A DNA stretch of 64,000 nucleotides from Escherichia phage ECML-363: the sequence record OL631483.1; one strand, given 5' to 3'. This document shows positions 57,416 to 64,000 of this stretch, piece by piece. The translations under genes were made by a program, and so were the position numbers. Below the pieces are notes generated by a model. It made no database searches. It saw nothing but the letters and a program-made list of their open reading frames with translations, and was not told where the DNA came from. The first letter of the stretch is position 1, and every line of letters begins with the position of its first letter.

Positions 57416-60400
57416 ATGGCTACTTTAAAACAAATACAATTTAAAAGAAGCAAAACGGCAGGTCAACGTCCAGCTGCTTCAGTATTAGCCGAAGGTGAAT
57501 TGGCTATAAACTTAAAAGACCGTGTACTTTTTACTAAAGATGACCAGGGAAATATTATTGATTTAGGTTTTGCTAAAGGCGGTAGTATTGACGGGAATGT
57601 TATTCATAAAGGCAATTATAACCAAACTGGCGATTATACTTTAAACGGTACATTCACCCAGACTGGTAATTTTAATTTAACCGGTATTGCTCGAGTAACT
57701 CGTGATATTATTGCTGCTGGGCAGATTATGACTGAAGGCGGAGAACTTATTACAAAAAGTTCAGGAACGGCACACGTTCGTTTTCATGATTCCGCCGACC
57801 GTGAACGCGGTATTATTTTTTCTCCTGCTAATGACGGTTTAACTACACAAGTAATTAACATCAGAGTTCAAGATTACAAAGCCGGTTCAGAAAGCACTTT
57901 CGCTTTTAATGGAAATGGTTTGTTTTCTTCACCAGAAGTTTTTGGGTGGAAATCTGTATCAACTCCGGTAATTTATACCAATAAAGTTATCACCAATAAA
58001 AAAGTTAAAGATGATTATGACATCTATTCGATGGCAGACAATGTTCCATTGTCTGAAAGCACTACTGCTATTAATCATCTTCGTGTTATGCGTAATGCAG
58101 TTGGTTCTGGTATTTTCCATGAAGTTAAAGATAATGATGGAATAACATGGTATAGTGGAGATGGATTAGACGCTTATCTTTGGTCATTTACTTGGAGCGG
58201 CGGAATTAAATCAAGTCACTCAATTTCCATCGGTTTAACACCCGGACCTAAGGATTACTCAATATTAGGACCGTCTAGTATCGCTTTAGGAGATAATGAT
58301 ACTGGATTTAAATGGCATCAAGACGGATATTATTTCAGTGTTAACAATGGCACAAAAACGTTTTTATTTAGTCCAAGCGAAACAACTAGCCTAAGAAAAT
58401 TTATAGCTGGATATTCTACTAACGGAACCGATTTAACTACTCCTCCAACTGAAAATTATGCTCTTGCTACTGTAGTGACATACCATGATAATAACGCGTT
58501 TGGGGATGGTCAGACTCTTTTAGGATATTATCAAGGCGGTAACTATCATCATTATTTCCGCGGCAAGGGCACTACAAACATTAATACTCATGGCGGTTTG
58601 TTAGTTACTCCAGGCAATATTGACGTTATTGGTGGTTCTGTTAATATCGATGGTAGAAATAATAATTCAACTTTAATGTTTAAAGGCTATACCATGGGTC
58701 AAAGCTCCGTTGATAACATGTATATAGCTGTTTGGGGAAATACTTTTACTAATCCAAGTGAAGGCACCCGTAAAAATGTCATGGAAATTTCTGATGATAT
58801 TGGATGGATGCATTATATTCAACGTAATAAAGATAATACGGTTGAAGCCGTGTTAAATGGTCAACAAACAATTAATGAAAATATTATTGCGAAAAAGGAT
58901 ATTTGGGTTGACCGAGCAGTTCATACCATTGGCGAAATCACTACAAATGCTGTTAATGGTCTTCGTATTTGGAACAATGATTACGGAGTTATTTTTAGAC
59001 GCTCAGAAGAAAGTCTTCATATTATTCCTACAGCATTTGGCGAAGGAGAAACCGGTGATATTGGGCCTTTACGTCCTCTCAGCGTAGCTTTAAATTCCGG
59101 TAAAGTTACTATTCCAGATTTACAGTCAAGTTATAATACGTTCGCTGCAAATGGTTATATTAAATTTGCTGGTCATGGGGCTGGTGCCGGTGGTTATGAT
59201 ATTCAGTATTCACAAGCTGCTCCTATTTTCCAAGAAATCGATGATGCTGCTGTAAGCAAATATTATCCTATTGTTAAACAGAAGTTTTTAAACGGTAAAG
59301 CCGTTTGGTCTTTAGGTACTGAAATTAATTCTGGTACATTTGTTTTACATCATTTGAAAGAAGATGGTTCACAAGGCCATACATCAAGATTTAATGCTGA
59401 TGGTACAGTTAATTTCCCCGATAACGTTCAAGTTGGCGGCGGTGAAGCTACTATTGCTCGTAATGGTAATATTTTCTCAGATATTTGGAAATCGTTTACT
59501 TCTGCGGGAGAAACCACAAATATTCGCGATGCAATAGCTACTCGTGTTTCTAAAGAAGGCGACACGATGACTGGTAAATTGACTTTATCGGCAGGCAATG
59601 ATGCTCTCATTTTAACTGCGGGCGAAGGTGCTTCATCACATATCCGTAGTGATGTAGGTGGTACAGGTAACTGGTATATAGGCAAAGGCGGCGGCGACAA
59701 TGGTCTAGGTTTTTATAGTTACATTACACAAGGCGGTGTATACATAACAAATAACGGCGAAATATCGCTTTCTCCTCAAGGTCAAGGAACATTTAATTTT
59801 AATAGAGATCGCCTTCATATAAACGGTACACAATGGGTTGCGCACCAAGCTGGTGATTGGAGAAACCAATGGCGACAAGAAGCGCCAATATTTGTAGATT
59901 TTGGCAATGTCGGTAATGATAGTTATTACCCGATTATCAAAGGAAAATCTGGTATTACTAATGAAGGATACATATCGGGTGTTGATTTTGGTATGCGACG
60001 CACTACTAACCAATGGGCTCAGGCTATTATCCGTGTTGGTAACCAGGAAAATGGTTCTGACCCACAAGCTATCTATGAATTTCACCACAATGGAGTTCTG
60101 TATGCTCCTAATATGGTTCAAGCTGGAGCAAGATTATCAGCTGGCGGTGGTGACCCTGTATGGACCGGCCCGTGTCTTGTTATTGGTGATAATGATACTG
60201 GATTAGTTCATGGTGGTGACGGCCGAATCAATATGGTTGCAAATGGAGCGCATATTGCTTCGTGGTCTTCATCTTATCATTCTCATCCTGGCCTTTGGGA
60301 TTCAAATGGAGCTTTTTGGACAGAAGTTGGCAAAGCAATTATTTCTCACGGCCATCTTGTCCAGGCGAATGACAGTTATTCCACATATGTCCGCGATGTT

Positions 60401-60745
60401 TATGTCCGTTCTGATATTCGTGTTAAAAAAGACCTTGTTAAATTTGAAAATGCTTCACAAACACTTTCAAAAATTAACGGTTACACTTATATGCAGAAGC
60501 GAGGCCTAGATGAAGAAGGCAATCAGAAATGGGAACCTAACGCCGGTTTGATAGCTCAAGAAGTTCAAGCTATTTTGCCTGAATTAGTTGAAGGTGACCC
60601 TGATGGCGAAGCTTTACTTCGTTTGAACTATAACGGTGTAATTGGTTTAAATACAGCTGCAATCAATGAGCATACTGCAGAAATTGCGGAACTTAAATCA
60701 GAAATTGAAGAACTTAAAGCATTAGTTAAATCATTGTTAAAATAA
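57416..60745 (+). CDS. 37: Long tail fibre distal large subunit gp37 with C-terminal chaperone-like module
   Basis: 1109 aa; C-terminal ~110 aa contains a coiled-coil tail ([22 protein letters not shown]) typical of intramolecular chaperone domains. Confidence 0.92.
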   Translation: MATLKQIQFKRSKTAGQRPAASVLAEGELAINLKDRVLFTKDDQGNIIDLGFAKGGSIDGNVIHKGNYNQTGDYTLNGTFTQTGNFNLTGIARVTRDIIAAGQIMTEGGELITKSSGTAHVRFHDSADRERGIIFSPANDGLTTQVINIRVQDYKAGSESTFAFNGNGLFSSPEVFGWKSVSTPVIYTNKVITNKKVKDDYDIYSMADNVPLSESTTAINHLRVMRNAVGSGIFHEVKDNDGITWYSGDGLDAYLWSFTWSGGIKSSHSISIGLTPGPKDYSILGPSSIALGDNDTGFKWHQDGYYFSVNNGTKTFLFSPSETTSLRKFIAGYSTNGTDLTTPPTENYALATVVTYHDNNAFGDGQTLLGYYQGGNYHHYFRGKGTTNINTHGGLLVTPGNIDVIGGSVNIDGRNNNSTLMFKGYTMGQSSVDNMYIAVWGNTFTNPSEGTRKNVMEISDDIGWMHYIQRNKDNTVEAVLNGQQTINENIIAKKDIWVDRAVHTIGEITTNAVNGLRIWNNDYGVIFRRSEESLHIIPTAFGEGETGDIGPLRPLSVALNSGKVTIPDLQSSYNTFAANGYIKFAGHGAGAGGYDIQYSQAAPIFQEIDDAAVSKYYPIVKQKFLNGKAVWSLGTEINSGTFVLHHLKEDGSQGHTSRFNADGTVNFPDNVQVGGGEATIARNGNIFSDIWKSFTSAGETTNIRDAIATRVSKEGDTMTGKLTLSAGNDALILTAGEGASSHIRSDVGGTGNWYIGKGGGDNGLGFYSYITQGGVYITNNGEISLSPQGQGTFNFNRDRLHINGTQWVAHQAGDWRNQWRQEAPIFVDFGNVGNDSYYPIIKGKSGITNEGYISGVDFGMRRTTNQWAQAIIRVGNQENGSDPQAIYEFHHNGVLYAPNMVQAGARLSAGGGDPVWTGPCLVIGDNDTGLVHGGDGRINMVANGAHIASWSSSYHSHPGLWDSNGAFWTEVGKAIISHGHLVQANDSYSTYVRDVYVRSDIRVKKDLVKFENASQTLSKINGYTYMQKRGLDEEGNQKWEPNAGLIAQEVQAILPELVEGDPDGEALLRLNYNGVIGLNTAAINEHTAEIAELKSEIEELKALVKSLLK

Positions 60746-60750
60746 TAAGA

Positions 60751-60766
60751 GGGGCTTCGGCCCCTT
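60751..60766 (+). promoter_or_regulatory. GC hairpin between genes 37 and 38, adjacent to the gene 38 RBS
   Basis: GGGGC-TTCG-GCCCC flanked by AAGAGG upstream and GGAGG downstream, 10 nt before the gene 38 AUG. Confidence 0.4.
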
Positions 60767-60986
60767 GGAGGTTTATATGGCAGTAGCAGGACCGTGGGTA
60801 GGATCGTCTGCAGTAGTTAATACAGGACAAAATTGGATGGGCGGCGCGGCCCAACGATTAAGAATGGGCATTCCGTTCTGGATGAGTAATATGATAGGTC
60901 GATCTGTTGAAGTAATTCACACGCTTGGAGCAGACCATAACTTCAATGGTCAATGGTTCCGAGATAGATGTTTTGAGGCAGGTAGT

Positions 60987-61862
<876 letters not shown>

Positions 61863-61894
61863 TTTTTGAATAAATATCCTTAAAAGGAGGGTCT

Positions 61895-62551
61895 ATGGCA
61901 GCACCTAGAATATCATTTTCGCCCTCTGATATTCTATTTGGTGTTCTAGATCGCTTGTTCAAAGATAACGCTACCGGGAAAGTTCTTGCTTCCCGGGTAG
62001 CTGTCGTAGTTCTTTTGTTTATGATGGCGATTGTTTGGTATAGGGGAGATAGTTTCTTTGAGTACTATAAGCAATCAAAGTATGAAACATACAGTGAAAT
62101 TATTGAAAAGGAAAGAAATGCACGCTTTGAATCTGTCGCCCTGGAACAACTCCAGATAGTTCACATATCATCTGAGGCAGACTTTAGTGCGGTGTATTCT
62201 TTCCGCCCTAAAAACTTAAACTATTTTGTCGATATTATAGCATATGAAGGAAAATTACCTTCAACAATAAGTGAAAAATCACTTGGAGGATATCCTGTTG
62301 ATAAAACTATGGATGAATATGCAGTTCATTTAAATGGACGTCATTATTATTCCAACTCAAAATTTGCTTTTTTACCAACTAAAAAGCCTACTCCCGAAAT
62401 AAACTACATGTACAGTTGTCCATATTTTAATTTGGATAATATCTATGCTGGAACGATAACCATGTACTGGTATAGAAATGATCATATAAGTAATGACCGC
62501 CTTGAATCAATATGCGCCCAGGCGGCCAGAATATTAGGAAGGGCTAAATAA
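61895..62551 (+). CDS. t: Holin T
   Basis: 218 aa (T4 T length); N-terminal cytoplasmic segment, single TM (VAVVVLLFMMAIVWY), large periplasmic domain. Confidence 0.92.
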   Translation: MAAPRISFSPSDILFGVLDRLFKDNATGKVLASRVAVVVLLFMMAIVWYRGDSFFEYYKQSKYETYSEIIEKERNARFESVALEQLQIVHISSEADFSAVYSFRPKNLNYFVDIIAYEGKLPSTISEKSLGGYPVDKTMDEYAVHLNGRHYYSNSKFAFLPTKKPTPEINYMYSCPYFNLDNIYAGTITMYWYRNDHISNDRLESICAQAARILGRAK

Positions 62552-62824
62552 TTATTTGTTCGTATACATCTCTAGATATCGATATACACCCTCAAAACCC
62601 TCGTTGAATTCGTCGATGAGGGTTTTCTTATCTTCTTGAGTTAATTCAGAAACAATTTTACGGAATGAATTCTGATTTAATTTTCTACCTTCATGTGTTA
62701 CTCCAATCTCATTCAGAAATGCAATAAAATTAGCACGATTTTCAACAATATCTTCTCTGGAAAATTTAATCAAAATAGACGCAACAGTAATAATTTCACG
62801 AACTGTATCAATATTTTTATTCAT
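62552..62824 (-). CDS. asiA: AsiA anti-sigma70 factor
   Basis: 90 aa (T4 AsiA length); sequence recalled as AsiA (MNKNIDTVREIITVASILIKF...). Confidence 0.88.
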   Translation of the reverse strand: MNKNIDTVREIITVASILIKFSREDIVENRANFIAFLNEIGVTHEGRKLNQNSFRKIVSELTQEDKKTLIDEFNEGFEGVYRYLEMYTNK

Positions 62825-62985
62825 TAACTATACCACTCAATTAGTTGACTTTGTTATAATATCATCAGACGCTTGATTTGTAAACTGGTCTGTGTTATTT
62901 TCTTCAAAAATTTTTTCTACGAATTCCTTGAACGACTTACGTTCCTGAGCTACATTATGCTCGATTACTTTTTCAAGATTATGAC

Positions 62986-63264
62986 TCATTCGAAATAATC
63001 TTCAATTTCATAATCATGGACGTAAATCATTATAGTTTTTAATACATCATCAATACTTTTTCCTGGTGCTGGAATTACGTAGAAATATCCTGCTTTTGAA
63101 AGGTCTTTATAAGTTCCAATCAAGAAATCATTATTCTCGAGATGTAATTCTTCAACTAATTCATTAACAATTGAGTGGTATAAATTTGGTAGAAACTTAT
63201 ATAGCTTTTCTAGAATATCAATTTTGATTGTGTATTGAACCACAGACTGAGAATCAATAATCAT
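62986..63264 (-). CDS. arn: Probable Arn (anti-restriction nuclease, DNA mimic)
   Basis: 92 aa acidic protein at the T4 arn position and length. Confidence 0.6.
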   Translation of the reverse strand: MIIDSQSVVQYTIKIDILEKLYKFLPNLYHSIVNELVEELHLENNDFLIGTYKDLSKAGYFYVIPAPGKSIDDVLKTIMIYVHDYEIEDYFE

Positions 63265-63347
63265 AGACCTTCCCCTTATGTTTCTGTTTGCGATTAGATT
63301 CTTTAAACGCTTTCTTCTTATCCTTATGAACAGAAGCTTTATTAAAA

Positions 63348-63566
63348 TTATGTTTTGCGACTAAATTGTTCATAATGCTGAATTACCTCTCTTAAACATT
63401 TGCATGTGAATGAGAACTTTTTAGCTACACCACACTCAAATATATGTTCTCTTAAATCACGTGTATCAGTATATCCCATCTCAACAATAAAATGCCTTAT
63501 TAGATTTTTATCTTTATCATTGAGAGAATTAAAATAATCAGATTTTGAATTAATTTCCCTGGCCAA
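63348..63566 (-). CDS. Hypothetical protein
   Basis: 72 aa ORF. Confidence 0.45.
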   Translation of the reverse strand: MAREINSKSDYFNSLNDKDKNLIRHFIVEMGYTDTRDLREHIFECGVAKKFSFTCKCLREVIQHYEQFSRKT

Positions 63567-63846
63567 ATTGAATCACCTTCAGTTGACGTTTTAATTCTTT
63601 TATCATTTCTTCGTTCATCGCAATATAAAGATCGCGTAAAGCAGGTTTTAGCATTCCATTTACCGGAGAACTAAATGGGCATACATAATCTTTTCCTACA
63701 AGCTTTTTGGTAAATTCCATATCACAAAATTTAAATGCCGGCTCATTCGCATAAATTCCCCAATTAGTTGACATCATTTTATTGGCATATTCCAGTGCCT
63801 GAATTTGATTCATAATTCCATCAATTTGAAACTTTTTAATATTCAT
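63550..63846 (-). CDS. Hypothetical protein
   Basis: 98 aa ORF. Confidence 0.5.
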   Translation of the reverse strand: MNIKKFQIDGIMNQIQALEYANKMMSTNWGIYANEPAFKFCDMEFTKKLVGKDYVCPFSSPVNGMLKPALRDLYIAMNEEMIKELKRQLKVIQFGQGN

Positions 63847-64000
63847 TAGTAAAGGTCCTCAGAGTAAAGTTCTTTTTCACTACCACCACGTTCAATACGT
63901 ACTTGTCCAGCGTAAGTTGCAATAATCATTGCTTCTTCACGTGTCCAATAATTACTGTATTGGTCAATAAACCCTTGGTCATCATCACAAACTTGTTGAG
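63846..64000 (-). CDS. 3' end of an unidentified minus-strand gene continuing beyond the window
   Basis: Open frame to the window edge ending ...[12 protein letters not shown] with TAA overlapping the next ATG. Confidence 0.35.
   Translation of the reverse strand, partial: QQVCDDDQGFIDQYSNYWTREEAMIIATYAGQVRIERGGSEKELYSEDLY

Noticed and set aside
62825-62990. Small minus-strand ORF between asiA and arn (asiA.1-like)
   Set aside because: Translation from the ATG near 62990 hits an in-frame stop after 17 codons; no supportable ORF.

Overview
This window is a contiguous 64 kb stretch of a T4-like myovirus genome (Tevenvirinae/Straboviridae, T-even type); nearly every ORF maps in T4 gene order. 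Calls rest on recalled T4 protein sequences, lengths, motifs and synteny, since no database search was possible. Content in order: tail sheath (5' partial), tail tube, portal, prohead core and protease, scaffold, major capsid and vertex proteins; rnlB, hoc, inh; uvsW and uvsY; baseplate hub genes 25-26-51-27-28-29-48-54; two tandem Alt ADP-ribosyltransferase paralogs; DNA ligase (30) with nine small downstream ORFs; rIII, 31, cd, pseT, a spanin pair, alc-like, rnlA, denA, nrdB, nrdA, td, frd, 32, 59, 33, dsbA, rnh; long-tail-fibre genes 34-38; holin t, asiA and arn. No tRNA, rRNA, CRISPR array or transposon was recognised. I did not find a convincing novel multi-gene system. The most notable anomaly is an imperfect 309 bp tandem duplication inside the gp38 adhesin gene, with an in-frame stop at the junction and G/C homopolymer runs in the upstream copy; this may be an assembly artefact. 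Other points: Hoc carries an extra Ig-like domain, td and nrdB are intronless with no homing endonuclease genes at the T4 positions, a ~50 bp early promoter cassette occurs twice, and 30.3 resembles a NADAR domain.
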